Assembly: GCF_006345805.1 (NCBI RefSeq) | Contig: NC_043008.1 | Location: 28,582,001 to 28,646,000 of the forward strand | Length of the DNA stretch: 64,000 bases | Reading direction: 5' to 3' | Source of the DNA: Octopus sinensis | Lineage: Eukaryota | Shown here: piece after piece, positions 38,750 to 54,620 of the stretch | Layout: each line of letters opens with the position of its first letter | Numbering within the stretch: position 1 is the stretch's first letter | The notes under the pieces: model-generated | The model's input: only the letters and a program-made list of their open reading frames with translations | The model's database searches: none | What the model was told of the DNA's origin: nothing | Position numbers and translations under genes: made by a program

Positions 38750-38884
38750 ATATTTTCTGAGAATTTTGTACTCTCAAAATTGCAGCCGTTGAGGGTGTAA
38801 TTTGCTGAAAATTGAGACTGCAAGTTGCTGAAAATTTTGCTTCGAACAGCTGCAATTTTGAGAGTACGAATTCTCAGAAAATAT
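38750..38884. repeat. Short foldback with about 40-bp arms
   Basis: atattttctgagaattttgtactctcaaaattgcagccgtt .. aacagctgcaattttgagagtacgaattctcagaaaatat. Confidence 0.85.
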
Positions 38885-39779
38885 TCTAAATTTGCTTCTC
38901 TTTCAACAATGAAAATGCATGAGGATAAATATGTTTCCGGCTTACAAATATCACGCTCTGGAGGAATGAATAAAATGACAGGACAATATCATCAAATTTA
39001 TACAAAACTGTTTGCAGATATTCCAATGTTAGTTTTAGTTGAGAAATAGAGGTCCATAGCTATCTTATATTTTTATTCCTTCTGAAGGCTACAATAGGCG
39101 GCTGAGGAAATATCTGTTTGAAACTAACATTTTTTCCCTTTTTCAACAGTTATTTTCTAAGCCGCCTTTTTTCTCTGTATTTTTCTATCTTTGACTCTCG
39201 CAAGTTATAAAATTGATGCTTAAAGACTGATAATGTCATTCTATGATGGCCCTCGTTCATAATTTAGATTTGAATTTCTATAATTCTGAATTTTTATCAC
39301 TTTACATCTTGAACTCGTGCTCTTCGTCTTGTCTGATTAAATTTGTGAATTTACATCAATCCCTTTAAAATATTATCATTGTTATTGTTTTTATTATAAA
39401 CTTAAATCTAATTACCGTTCACGTGATTCGGTTCCAATGCATACTAGAAAAGAACATATTTTACTGTTGTGGGGGTATATATTTCATCATTAGGTTATTA
39501 TCTTTAGCCAATGCAGAGGTCCATGGAAAATCTTTCTTAGTAGACATATAAGTAATAAAAGGAAAGAAACACTATTGCAAATGTATTGAAAATGTTGTAA
39601 CACATATAAGTATGAAATCCCATTTAAGAAGCAGCTCTGTGTTAGGGTTACTTCTTGGTCCGCCATAGGTATCAATTATATCAGCCGAAACATTGTGTTA
39701 ACAACAAACATGATGAGGATAAATATCCGTCAAATGTAATTAATGTGCATAACACCTCCTCGCTTAAATATATATATGT

Positions 39780-39810
<31 letters not shown>

Positions 39811-40792
39811 GTGTGTGTGTGTGTGTTTGTATGCTTATACTTGTTTGTATATGTATATATATTCGTGTTTGTGTATATATGTGAGTGTGTGGCTCTTGGA
39901 ACGTGTATACGTGTGGTAGCTCTTTTGCATGGAAAGAAGCATAACTTGAAATGATATTCTTATTACTCTGTTGCATTGAGGTTTGTCATCTTTTATCGCA
40001 CTTAAGTGAAAACATACATGCTTGGCTTTAATGACCTTAATTTGAACTCATCGTTGCATCATGTCTGTGCTTCTTGTCCGTCCTCAATGCCAATATCATC
40101 TATAAAGTAATTTAGCTAAGTGTTTTGAAATAATATAGTCGTTTGATCGCTTTGCATCTCGTTCGCCCTTATTGTCACTCATAATTTCGCTATATATTCT
40201 AATGTTATTTTCAAAATTACACCTATCCCACAATACTATTTGGCTTTCTACCGATACATGTTTTACCTCAACAATGCTATACCTGTTTATATTTTTCCTG
40301 ATGAGAGTAGAATACATATTATAGTATCATCTACGTGTATATGAATAAACTTCTATGGAACAATTGCATTTTTAAGCCCAGTCGTCGTAGTTTTTCATAT
40401 ATACACATGTACATATGTGTGTGCATGCATGTGTGTGCGTGTGAGTATGTATATGTGTGTCTCCACTAACTCGCGTATAACGATAGAAGTATATATATAT
40501 TTGTATATGCAAATAAGCAAATATATATGCATATGTATATATGAATATATATGGATCTATATTCATATATATATATAATTGTATATCTATATAAATGTAT
40601 AGATGTATGTATGTATATATGTGTGTGTGTGTATATATATGTATATATATATATATATATTGAGAGAGAGAGAGAGCGAGAGAGAGAGGGTAGGTATATA
40701 GGCTGATAGATAGATAGACAGAAAGACCGACAGAACGACGGATATTCAGAGAGACAGGCAGACAGACAAACAGACAGATATGTAGATAGAAG

Positions 40793-40885
<93 letters not shown>

Positions 40886-40895
40886 GTAGATAGAT
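40793..40895. repeat. (GATA)n microsatellite
   Basis: Directly visible. Confidence 0.95.
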
Positions 40896-43524
40896 ATATG
40901 ATCATTTGTAGCTTTATTAATATTGGATATATCTCTAGCTAACGCTAACTTTTCCCCGTTTCACTTTTGCAAATATGTTTACGCATATCTAATGGCTACT
41001 TCTTCATTCTCTTATTGTGTTTAGCTAATTGCATATATAACATTAAAGTTAAATGACACCATTCTATTATTTAAATAATTCACATTAATTTGCTGTGTTT
41101 GATATGGACCACACCTTGATATTTATTGATTTTATATGTGTGTATAAATACTCAAATACAAATGTATACAGACACACACGCACACGTGTGTGAGAGATAT
41201 ATAGTGTGGATGTAGGTGTGTTACACTATTTGAAGCCCATTTCAATGCACAATTTTAAATAATGAATTTAAATGAGAGAAAATAACTAGTAAAACAAAGC
41301 TTTTATTTCGTATCATATTTATCAACTAAGTAGAATGCCGATTTTATTCTGTGTCAATTTCTCAGATTTATGGTAAAAGGGGTAAAACATTCCCAATTGC
41401 ATAGTTATAAATCATACACTCTTTCTTGCATTATCATTCTTCATATTATTTGCTGCCTTCCCTTTATAAATAGGATGTTTTCCATGACCCCAAAATCCGA
41501 ATACTAACAGGATGGCCTCTTTTATGAGCAGCACCTCTCTTTATATTCCTTGCCTACTGTATGAGTCTGATTGTTTTCGATTTTTAGTTGTTTCGCTGCA
41601 AATATAAAAGTATGGGCTTCGTTTCACCTTTAAGATCATGAACATATATTGTAGAAAATACTTCTTGAACCCTAGATCTTGTATATTGCATTACCATGAG
41701 AATATTAGAGAGTTTGTAAACATTGCTTGTAAAGGTTGAAATAATACCGGACAGGAAATATCGCACCCGTTCATTTAAACTTTAATACAGTTAACCTCAC
41801 ATTTGTCCTATTTGTTTTGTGACTATACTGGGCTGATCAGAGGAAGCTCGTCCTCTCTTAGCGGACATGATCCTTTATTTGTACTTCTGTCATTAAACTC
41901 TACATGCCTCAAGCCGTTCAGCCTTTCGATCCGGTCGCAACAGTGTTCTCCATTTACTGTGGAATGCTCTTCTGGCAATTTCCGAAAGCTTTTATTTAAC
42001 CGGTTTATTTTAGGAACGTTTGGCATAACTTTGGGTTAAATGTGTTTTCCTGGATATTAAAGAAGATGTTGCATATATTGAATTCTTTTTATTTCATACC
42101 ATGAAAGCGTAGCCTACGGTGGTAAGAGTTATTTCGTAGTCAACAACGACATATTTGCTGTGTATATATAAAATTATCTGTATTCTTGAGGTAGTACCGA
42201 ATACAGAATACCTGGCGCCTTGGGCTTGGAGCATATTAAACAAAAGTTGTATTGATACATAGATAATATGTTGTTTGATATATACACAATGAATTTTCCT
42301 ACGTATACAGATACACAAATAAAGACACGCATGCTCACACATACATTCATATAGGAATACGTATGTGCGTTTGTATATGATTCATAGATAACCCAAAGAT
42401 AAGCAACGCAGATAATTTTATACAGCATTGCATGTAAACCACTATTTTTCTAACATTAAAACATTGTCACACAGTGCATATGATATTTCTGTATAATTGT
42501 ATAAATAAGTTATACATATACTTGCGCATTTTCTTCAAGAAATGCGTGTGTGTGAATATGCACAGAAACGTACATGTGTGATGGTATGTACTAAGGCTTA
42601 TGTTTCATTAATTTGCATATGTGGCTATGGTTATACATATGTGATTACATGTCTTCTGTGCATGTCTTGTCCGTATTGAATTGTATTTTGTATTGTACAC
42701 ACAGAGACATACAGACACCACCACATACATTCACATACTTATATAAATGGATATTGTAAATTCGGACAATTGGCTCCTGAAAAACTGATTTTATCCTCCA
42801 ATTTAAACACATATTAATACGATATCAATTTCATATATAGCTACATTAAATATAGTTAATATCTTTTTCTGTATTTCTTAAGAAGAAGCAGTAAATCAGT
42901 ACAGCTGAATGTTGGGAAGATGGAAATATTGCGCTTCCATCCTAACAATATCTAATATGGCATGTCAACTGATGTTTGAGTAGAATATGAAATGGATACC
43001 TCACTGATTTTGTGCATATGCCTATCTATAATTCCCGTCATATTGAAAATGCTAAACTAAAAAAATATACAATTGATTGGTTTCCTGCACTTTCCTAAAG
43101 AAAATATATAATACTATTCGAAAAGGAGCATTTGATAAATGTACCGATTCTCTGAGAAGAAAAATACATCCGCTTTCAATAAAGTGCACGCACAATACTT
43201 ACCACACATATACATACAAATAACTCCATCGGCATACACATAAAGCTGTATAGATACTCATATATGTAAATATTCAAATACGCTTAAATAGATATGAGTG
43301 TGTGTGTGTGTGGATGTGTATGTTTGTATTCGCGCGTGCGTCCCTGCTGCGTATGTTTGTGTGTGCATGCGTGTGTGCGTGTATATTGTGCGTATTAGAG
43401 ATCTTCCTTCCTTGAAATAAACAAATCTCTATATGCTAATATTTTTTTTCAACTTGAGATGAAAAAGGAAAGTAACTCCGCATAGAGGAGAATAACCTCT
43501 ATTACTCACGCAACTAATATTACT

Positions 43525-43900
43525 TAAATTAACGATAAAATATATCAGCAAAGAAAAGAAGTACCATAAACCGGAACGTATACGAGAAATTTGTTTTAAA
43601 ATCGTAGCATATAAGAAAATGATTTGAAATTAGAAGACACCACTTTCCCATTTTTCTCCTTGATCTATAATATTGATTATTTTTGAACATTGAAAAAGTA
43701 TGTTCCTTTAAAAACGAATTGGATTTATGTTTATGTTGAGAGAACATTCCAGTATTGCATTTCAATATATAAAATGAAAAGTGCTGAAACAAAAATAAAC
43801 GGGGGATGTAGAAACCGAAAAAAAAAAGATGCAGATTACAAAGGAAAACAATATCGTATCAAGAAGAAAAGGATTGAAATTCAAGAAAACAAAAATAATT
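43525..43900 (+). pseudogene. Possible highly decayed PLE RT remnant
   Basis: NDKIYQQRKEVP*TG resembles the RT F.F....Y.Q..G..MG motif; little further support. Confidence 0.3.
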
Positions 43901-45237
43901 TGATAGTGGATACAGGAATGATTCCAGAAGACAGCGGGTGTTTCAAAGAATATTATATTATTGCTTAAGTCTATTGACATTGCGAAGAATTCAGGCTCTG
44001 AAATGCTGAGGCTGATATGTTGAAACGTGAATTTGTTCTTTATCTATCCTCATACAGATGAGAGGCTGTTCATTATTGATACCTAGTAGCTTGGCGTGAG
44101 CGGCATTCACAGATAATATCTCCTTGTACCTATCTGAATTTCAGACTGAATTAAAAAGATATATAAATCACTCCCATTTAGGAGAACCATCAAATAGTGT
44201 GACTTTTCTTTTGCTGAGACAATCATTCAAAAATCGTGCTGATTATGCAAATTTAGATTAGTTACTTTCTCCTTATTATTGTTAGCAGAGGCAACACACA
44301 GGAATATATTTTCGATAAAACAGACATTGACATATTCACTGAGCAAATTTTCAATCACTTTTTGAACAATGTTGAATTAGTGCCTACCTCAATGATACGT
44401 ATTATTAGTTGTCACCATTAGTTCATAAAAACACATAGCCTCTTTAAATGAAATTGAATAAGCAAATTAGCACAGGGAAATATTTATCACTGACAATCTT
44501 CAAACAAATAAATTAGAGTTTTAGAGATAACAAATTATGACGTATTCAATAAAAGAATCAAGGACTAACAGCAGGATTTTGTGGCATAGTGTAATATATA
44601 TTGCTTTGATTCTACGGCAGGAATGCTAATTTGATATTTTGTTTGACCTCGGGTGAGTTAATTTTAGTTTACATCATGTGATGCATGCGTTGTTTTATCT
44701 TCCATTTTAAAAACTAATTCATTTTACTGGGAAGCTTAACTAGCGCCATTAAACTCTTAAACGTCTCCATACTTCCAGTGTTTCATTAGAAATTGTATAT
44801 TGGAGATGATATTTGTGAAATATAACTTCAGGCCAATATTTTTTTGGGGAAAATAATGTGTAGAATTTTATGCAAGACATTAATGGAAAATTCTTGTCAC
44901 GAAATCAATTTTCTCAGCTAATTAATAATTACAGAGGTTAATTTATATAAATTAATATCATAGTTTAGGAAGTTCAATAAAACGGTTAAATTTCTCGTGA
45001 AATAATATAATCAAGCAAAGACACGATACACCACTAAGTGACTCCAAAAGCACACATCTGCATTTCAGTACAATGCTATATATATCAGTAGCAATGATAG
45101 ACACCAAAATATCGTATCACAATTAATACACACATACACACACACGTACATATACGCGCACGCGCTCACACACACACGCATATGCAAAAACACATATATA
45201 TATATATAAATATATATATATATACGTATATATATAA

Positions 45238-46572
<1,335 letters not shown>

Positions 46573-46596
46573 AGTATAAATGCATGTATGTATATG

Positions 46597-46630
<34 letters not shown>

Positions 46631-47189
46631 TGTATGTATGTATGTATGTATGTATGTATGTATGTATGTTTCTATGTGTGTAAATATGTATGTATGCTTC
46701 TTTATACACACGCACACAAACATACAAACATGCTTACATAAATATATATAGTATGTGTGTGTGTGTTTGTGTAGATGATAGATAGAAAGATAAAGAGATA
46801 AGTGAAGGGAAAATTCAAGGATCAAGTTGTAGGAAGTTACTGATCGTCGAGCAATCATTAGAAGATATGAAAAAACAGTTTTCAGCAACGTTAATGGTAT
46901 ATTGCCGCAGAAGGTTGTAAAAATTTCACCTGTGGAAACACGATAAACAGAAAAAAGTTAATTTTATATTTCACGGTTAGCAACCGGGATTGTTGTAGAG
47001 ACGAATAAACATCCGAAAATTAAGTAGATAAAATCCAGACTAAATATGTTCCACAGAGAACAGAACCCTAGAAGTAGAAAAATATTAGCGATCCAAACTA
47101 GCGATAGTCCAGAAGCTACGCTTCATTTATTCAAGGAAAAACATTGCCCTGGAGTTCATCTACTTCATTCCGTAAAGTTTGGAAGTTTG

Positions 47190-47247
<58 letters not shown>

Positions 47248-47294
47248 TACGCGTACACGGACGGACAAACACGCGCACACACACACATGTTTAT

Positions 47295-47851
<557 letters not shown>

Positions 47852-47938
47852 TATATATATATATAGATATATGCTCATATTAATATACATATATATATAT
47901 GTAATTGTGTATGTATATATATATATATGTATGTATGT

Positions 47939-48012
<74 letters not shown>

Positions 48013-48029
48013 ATATATATATATATACT

Positions 48030-48842
48030 TACAGGGTGCGATGGGTCGATTGTCGTAATGTTCTTCTCATTTCGTGCGGACGCTTTGTTTGTTTTTGATT
48101 TTGTCGACTACACCGTATAGGAGGTTCAGTTGGGCACTGTCTGTGACAAAAACACCATCGTGAGGCAATTCACTCTGCCAGAAATTTGGAAACGACATGC
48201 TGCACCGCTTGACATTCGTGCCGGAAGCTCCAATACAAACATTTCAGAGTCTTTGTAGTGTGAATCGGAGCACAGTGCAGAGTATTCTGAATGAGTTGAA
48301 TGAGTCTAATGATTATTACGAACGTACGGGGTCTTGGAAGGTTCACTCGGATCGATGGTGACCTTGTGCTTCCATTCATCTTCCCACACGGCCTCAGACT
48401 CAACACAGATGCCTAAATCGTGTTGCTGGAAGAGGGAGTGCTGCCCTGGGTTAGGAGGGCAACTGCAGGAAGACACTATGGCTGATAACAGGACTCTGCA
48501 CCATGCCACACAGTCAGGAGAACCCAGTCATGGCAATGAGACAAATTCTGTGACCTCATCACTCCTAACACGTGGCCCACCAGACAGCAAACCCCTTGAC
48601 TATTTATTATACGTGGTGCACCAAAGACGAACCGAACGCAATGATCATGGACGCATTCTTCAACTTAAATAAGGAAGGCCCCCAGAAGATTTGCAGGAGA
48701 GTTTTATGTCGTCTGGAGGTCGTGGTTGAAGCCAATGGTAATTTTATTGAAAGAATTTACTCTTTCGTATTTCAAGATTGTTTACGTAATTTTGGTAAAT
48801 ATTACTGTTATAATGAGACGTCAGTGTTATTTTCATTTTTGC

Positions 48843-48844
<2 letters not shown>
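48030..48844 (+). mobile_element. Degenerate Tc1/mariner-superfamily transposon (DD37D/maT-like C-terminus)
   Basis: Starts tacagggtgcg; remnants PFIFPHGLRLNTDA, QDSAPCHT, ITPNTWP..PLDY, AFFNLNKE..RLEVVVEANGNFIE. Confidence 0.8.
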
Positions 48845-48884
<40 letters not shown>

Positions 48885-48959
48885 TTGAAAAGGGAATAGA
48901 ATGACCTCAATGGTAGTTCTCATCAATTTATTTTGATAGTAAAATTTTACAGTTTGGTT

Positions 48960-49620
48960 TGCAGAATCTGGTAAATTCACAATACTGAATGTCCTTGGGT
49001 TGTGAGTGACGACAAAATGGTTAACGATTTTGTCCCTTTTGTTTGTTGTTAGTAGAATGCTCTGGTCCTTGGAGATGGCCGTACATGTGAGGTTCACCGG
49101 ACATACTTGTATTTTAAGGAACCATTTAGTTCATATAATCTTCTTTCCTTTAGAGTGGGGTGTGTTTCAATGGTGCAGGGGTGTCTTGCCATGTTAAATG
49201 GAATGCCTCCTTAGGTATGTGATCGGAAATTCAGGTATTGGTGTTTTGCTGTTGGTTTGTAAAATAGGTCTGTTCGATATTTTCCAATTCTTTAATGATG
49301 AGGATATCCAGAAACGCTAGTTCCTTTCTATTACCTACCATGGTAAGTTGTATTGCTTTGTGAAGTGTGTTTATGATGGGATGTAATCTTGCAGGTCTTC
49401 TTTGTAACTATCTCAGAAGGAAAAGAAATCATCATGCTAAGGTTTTGAGTTGACTATTTAGGAGGAGCTTTTTATCGTTCTTTATAAATTTCTCGGTAAC
49501 ATGCAGAAGCATTTGTTACGCTAGTATAAAGTTTCGCACTTAGTTAAAAATTTGCATTTTGTGTTTGAAAAATAAATCTTGATAGCCTGGGGTCCCGTTA
49601 AGCTGGTCCTCGTAAAAGTG
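48960..49620 (-). mobile_element. Degenerate PLE RT/thumb fragment related to the 8.6 kb element
   Basis: INTLHKAIQLTMVGNRKELAFLDILIIK aligns to LNSINPNIQFTMEYNQKELPFLDILIKK; further frameshifted matches to FYKPT..QYL and IPFNMAR. Confidence 0.72.
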
Positions 49621-51229
49621 AGGAATTACTGTACATACACACATATACGTACACACACACACACACACAATCATATATATATATACACACACTTGTATAT
49701 ATAATCCGAATTATAAGAAGAGAAAGAAATTCTTTAAGATATTTTTAATGATTCATTGCAATTCTTTATGTACCACCTTTGCTTGTAACACCGGTTTACA
49801 CTACAATTCGATGTAAAAATTGAAGTAATGGTTGCGGTTTTAGTTATTAGAGAGAGACAATTCTTCAAACTTGCTTCAAATGTGCTCTATCACATTGTGC
49901 ATCTTATATATAAAACTTCTAAATCTTATATATAAAACTTATGAATTAAAATTTGAACATACGATACCGACTTTTAATACATGGTGGTTGTTTTCAATTA
50001 ATCATTGGAATATCCAATGGGTCAGGTAGCTGAAATACCTTTTCTCAAGTTTACCATGTACCAACAAGAATATGATATCTGAAAACAACAAAAGAATTTA
50101 GGGAAAATAATAATGATATATGCGTCTATCCTATACTGCATATCCCATGCAATTTTGCCAAAAGCGACTAATGGAAGTCAAATATATTTAGTTTATCCAG
50201 TAATTGTTATTCTGCACTAATGCTGATATATCGCAGTGGAAGAATTTGTTTGGCTTTAATAGAATGTATGCCTTTTACTGGATACAAAAGAATTTAAGAG
50301 TAATCGCACCAATTTAACAGGAGAACCAAATAAAATACTTTTCTCTTTCATCGCACTAATTGAACAGAACAACTGAAAATATTTTTCTCTTTCATCGCTC
50401 ATATGGAGTCCGATATGAATGTGTACAAGAATTTCTATGAATCTATATTGTGCTAAAAATTTGTTAAACAGTACTTACGTTTATCGCGTACCGTTAGCAC
50501 TCTAAAAAATGTCAATATAAAATGCTTCCCTAAACTTGTTGGACGTTTGGCATAATATAATCTCTAACTGCTGTCCCTAAAACGACTTCTGCAAATGATT
50601 TTAAGGTATGTGTAAGAAGTTGAAAATTTCAAACTGTTATGCTGAATATCGTAAAATTTCAACAGAGAATATATTAGGAATTTCGTTGCAGTTCTATTCT
50701 CAGTGATATCTCCCGAGAGGGTAATCACTATATACAATCACTATATACCTTATCTCAGTACCAGAAATCAAATCTCCATCGATTATTTTGATACGTGAAA
50801 ATATTTCTTGTACACATTTTTATACACCTATAAGTTGAATCCATATACGTGTACACTGAAAACCCAGGTCTTCATAAAATTAAGTTATTCTGTTAATACT
50901 TCATATCTGATCTGCTTTCAGGGGATCAATTTCACAAGGTAAAGAAAGGCTATAAGAGGGATCAAGATGAGTGGGTATAGAGGCAATTATGCTAATAGAC
51001 AAATTAGAAACATAGAATATATTAAATAAATTAAATGTAATATTGTAGGTATGAAATGCAAAGTATGTATATATGTATACAAGCACAGCGAGTTAAAACA
51101 AAAAGGTGAACACTTTCAGATGATTAACTTTTAAGTATAAATATATTGATATTCATATTAATAGGTTCAAACTACACAGAGTACAAATGACAGAGAAAAC
51201 GAAAGGGGTGGATGAAATGTGTTATAATT

Positions 51230-51700
51230 CAAAGACCTATCCAGAGGGCTCAACGATCCAAAATAACGTTGGTAGATGTAGTTCATCACAATATGGAGAG
51301 TATATCAATGGGTAAGTCGAGCCTCAGTCATCAGGGTAGAAGAGGTAGGAAAACATTTAATTGTCGGGTATCTCAACTGTGCTCTCTTGGAGATTTCTGT
51401 GGGCGTAAAAATGTAGTCTCCAAGTGCTGTGTTATTACGCTACGCACATCCCAAGCAAGTGTCTATATTGGAAGTACTGTTGATTTCAAGCGCAGTTACC
51501 TTTCACGCATGAGCTCTTTCTCAAATCGAAATTACGAATAACCTTAGTATAGCACAGAAATACGAACACATTAATTTTTCTCTGTACGGAAGATAATTTC
51601 AATATTGGTACATGATACTAGCACTGTTTTTATAAAAGGCACTGATTTTCATGGATAACATTCCACAGGGAAAACTAGAAATATTCAACTGAATAAAACA
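51230..51700 (+). mobile_element. Degenerate PLE GIY-YIG fragment (34 kb type)
   Basis: NMESIS..FNCRVSQLCSLGDFCGRKNVVSKC..VYIGSTVDFKRSY..SSF parallels CNC..CPL..CL..LVY..YIG.T..FK.R..SF. Confidence 0.65.
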
Positions 51701-52129
51701 CAATGTGTAATGGAGATTATTCATCCGTAGGTGAATAGTTACTACGTTTCTCTCGAAACTACGTGGATTTGATCTACAAACGCTATGCACCATGTATTAA
51801 ACCTATTCTCACATATCCTCGGCTCGAGCATAGTTCTCGGTGAAAACGTGATTGGAGGTTGCTCGAGGAAATGATGATTCTACAGATCGAGAAACGTTCC
51901 CAGGTTAACAGAACACCAGAACGGCGTACTTTATTTTGAGGAACTTTGCTTTCCCCACTTTTTACCAAAACAAAAGAAAATGTCAAATTTATACCCTTCC
52001 TGTTAAGTCATCACTAAAGCAGAAGCAGTAGGTGCTTAACAACATAAGCAGATTAAAGGTAACTATCGCTGGAATGAATGGAACCTTGTGAAGCTGAAAT
52101 TACCACACGTACTCTGATATATGTAATAT

Positions 52130-52280
52130 CGGTTTCAAATTGCGGCACAAGTCCAGCAATTTTGAGAGAAGGCGTAAGTCGATTACATCGACCCCAATCT
52201 TCAACAAGCACTTAGTTTATTGAACTCGAAAGATGGATGACAATGTTGACGGAATTTAAATTTAGAAAAACAAGACGTGC
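52130..52280 (-). mobile_element. OR-like SINE fragment
   Basis: ggtttcaaattgcggcacaagtccagcaatttt..aagtcgattacatcgacccc..ggaattt; related to 37263-37409. Confidence 0.6.
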
Positions 52281-52324
52281 GAAATGTCACTTTGTCCGAT
52301 ATGCACGCCACCTTACTCGTGCGA

Positions 52325-52604
52325 AATTGCCTAAAGTTTATTGTCTGTTCCTTCTCGAGCCATGCCTGGCTCATAAGGGCCGGTTTCCTGGTTTCCTTGG
52401 CGTATAGGTTCCCCACCTGCACGAGACGCAAGATGCAGGAGGAAAGAGTGAGAGAAAGTTGTGGCGAAAGAGTCAGCAGAAGTTCGTCATTACCTTCTGC
52501 AGGGGACGCGTGGAGCTCAGTTGCTTCGTTCATGAACACACATATCGCCCGGTCTGAGATTCGAACCCGCGATCCCTCGAACCACTAAGCCATGTGCCTC
52601 CACG
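52325..52604 (-). mobile_element. Third tRNA-derived SINE family
   Basis: Minus-strand head gtggaggcacaTGGCTTAGTGG (A box) ..GGTTCGAATCTC (B box). Confidence 0.7.
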
Positions 52605-52991
52605 CCTAAAGTTTATACTTTATCAAAAAAGGGGCATGACATGAAACTAATTTTTCGAATTCCGAAATGTGACTAATTTTTTTTTTTAATTTGCCATTCT
52701 GAGAAGAAAACTAGTTTTTTTTATTGGTGAGTCCAACTTACCTGTTAAAACTCAGGTTGATTTGATTGTGCATTTGCAAACTTAGTAGTGAAATATAACT
52801 ATTTTTTTCTATTAATCGTTATGCGTTAATTTTCTGTAAATATCAACTTCTCTCCTGATATGTATGCTCAGTGATAGATTTAACTGCTTTTCATGAGATG
52901 CCTTGCAGCAATGTACAGTTCCCATCCTTATTTCCCTGAATTTGTAGTTGTGTTTTGAGATGTTTTATAAGAATCAGGTTATTTCTAGAAG

Positions 52992-53944
52992 TGTTATAAC
53001 GTGAGATCCTGTCCGACACTATAACATTCTTGTCCCCAATATAATGCTGTGGCCGTATTTCACGTCTTATTATAATTGACTCGACTATCGTGCTATCACT
53101 GATGACTTTGAGGCGTTTACCTTGATGGTAACTTGAAATCGTATATATCACGTGACGGTCACTGACTCCAACTGAGAACTCGAACAACGACTCTTCTACT
53201 ACTGACTGCCTAACGACATAGCTTCTATTCCGTACCACTTTGTCATGTGGGAAGGGGTGTACCATTTTCACTACATCCCCCCTTTCCTTTTCAGTGAGAA
53301 GCAAGTAATTTTATTTCACTTTATTCACCCTCTCCCTGTATACCGTTTTATTTTGTTGCAGTAACATTTGTTGTTGTTCTTGTTGTTCTTTGAGTTGTAG
53401 CTGCTTTTTTTAAAACAAAACTAGACACTATAACAAGTTTTCCATAATTTTACAAATTTGTTGTAAAACATGTCCAACAAGAATGTTTGTCACACATCTG
53501 TTGAATTATTTTATTTTTCCAAGCCTAAAATGTTTCAACGTTGTCCGCCTGAATAGTTTTTTTTTTCTTGAATAAAAAGTTTTTTCAACATTGTCCGTGT
53601 GAATTGTATACTCGTCGACACTGTTATAATGTGACACCCTGTCTACTTGTGTGTTATTGTCAGCAGTATAACATTCTTCTTGTCACTATACTATTGTGGC
53701 GGTATTTCATATCTTATTATCTTTGACTCGTCTATCGTGCTATCGCTGATAGCCCGACAAGACATCTACCTTGACGCTAACACGAGGTCATATATATCAC
53801 GTAACTCACACTGACTTCAACTGAGAACTCGTACAACGATTCTACTAGTACTGATCTCCTACAACGACTCGTCTTCTGACTTTATAGTGGCTGGGTCATA
53901 CCACTTTGTCACGTGTGAAGGGCAGTAGCATTTTCATTAGAACA
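52992..53944 (-). mobile_element. TRIM-like miniature LTR retroelement
   Basis: Two diverged direct repeats (52992-53275, 53622-53944), each TG..CA. On the minus strand, a PBS-like TGTCGACGAG lies 1 nt after the 5' LTR, and a PPT GAAAAGGAAAGGGGGGA abuts the 3' LTR. 5-bp TSD-like agaag/cgaag. Confidence 0.75.
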
Positions 53945-54239
53945 CGAAGGTAATTCAGGATGAATTATGAAATCTATGTGAACCAAGTTGCTGGCAACTA
54001 TTTATGCAAACGCTTCTAATTTGTAATTTTTTTAGTTTTAAAATGCCGGTGTTCATTCTCCCTTGAGTCCTTATGCAAGTGTAGATCGATACTGCAATAA
54101 CATACTAGCTCTCTTTCTTTATTAAATACACTCACTTCCCATGTATATCATTTCTCAGTTAAAACGAAACACATTTTAGCTTGGCGTTTGATGGACTGTA
54201 TTGCGTTATGCTTGGAGAATGCTGTTCTCTGGGTATGTA

Positions 54240-54620
54240 TTTGTTATTTATGGATGCCCGGCGTTAGGGAATGTATACGCAATTTCACATCACTCTGTAG
54301 TTTTTAGAGAAGGTATGATGTGACGGCGTCCTCATGCTCTCATGTAGTTATTGTATGGCTGGTTTGTTTCATACTTAGATATGTTATTTATCGATGTATT
54401 ATTCGTGTTTATGTGCGAATATGTTATTTGAGATTTAATGTCAAAGTTGTTTGATATTTGTATGTATTTTATGGCATTTGTAATTGGATGGGATGTAGGT
54501 GACATTTTGTTATTTTTTATCTTTGGAGATAAGCTACCAGATTTTATGTACTCCAGTATCTACGTTTGGCAGAATTCCTGTTTCAGCGCTCCATATAAGC
54601 CATCATAACTATTTTTACTT
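54240..54620 (-). pseudogene. Possible decayed PLE GIY-YIG remnant
   Basis: KYIQISNNF..NNTSINNI..QPYN loosely parallels YIGMTSNSF..NQTTLAAHIW..IPF. Confidence 0.33.

Noticed and set aside
41360-42060. Possible piggyBac or other transposase remnant (LNKSFRKLPEEH)
   Set aside because: Only a few residues match, with no collinear second motif.
51865-51905. ATGATGA..GAAACGTTC downstream of a PLE endonuclease relic
   Set aside because: A3 is uncompensated, and stems I and II do not pair.
52891-53304. 137-aa ORF with a superficial SH2-like SYVVRQS..FSV pattern
   Set aside because: It overlaps an LTR, and the sister LTR has stops and frameshifts in the same frame.
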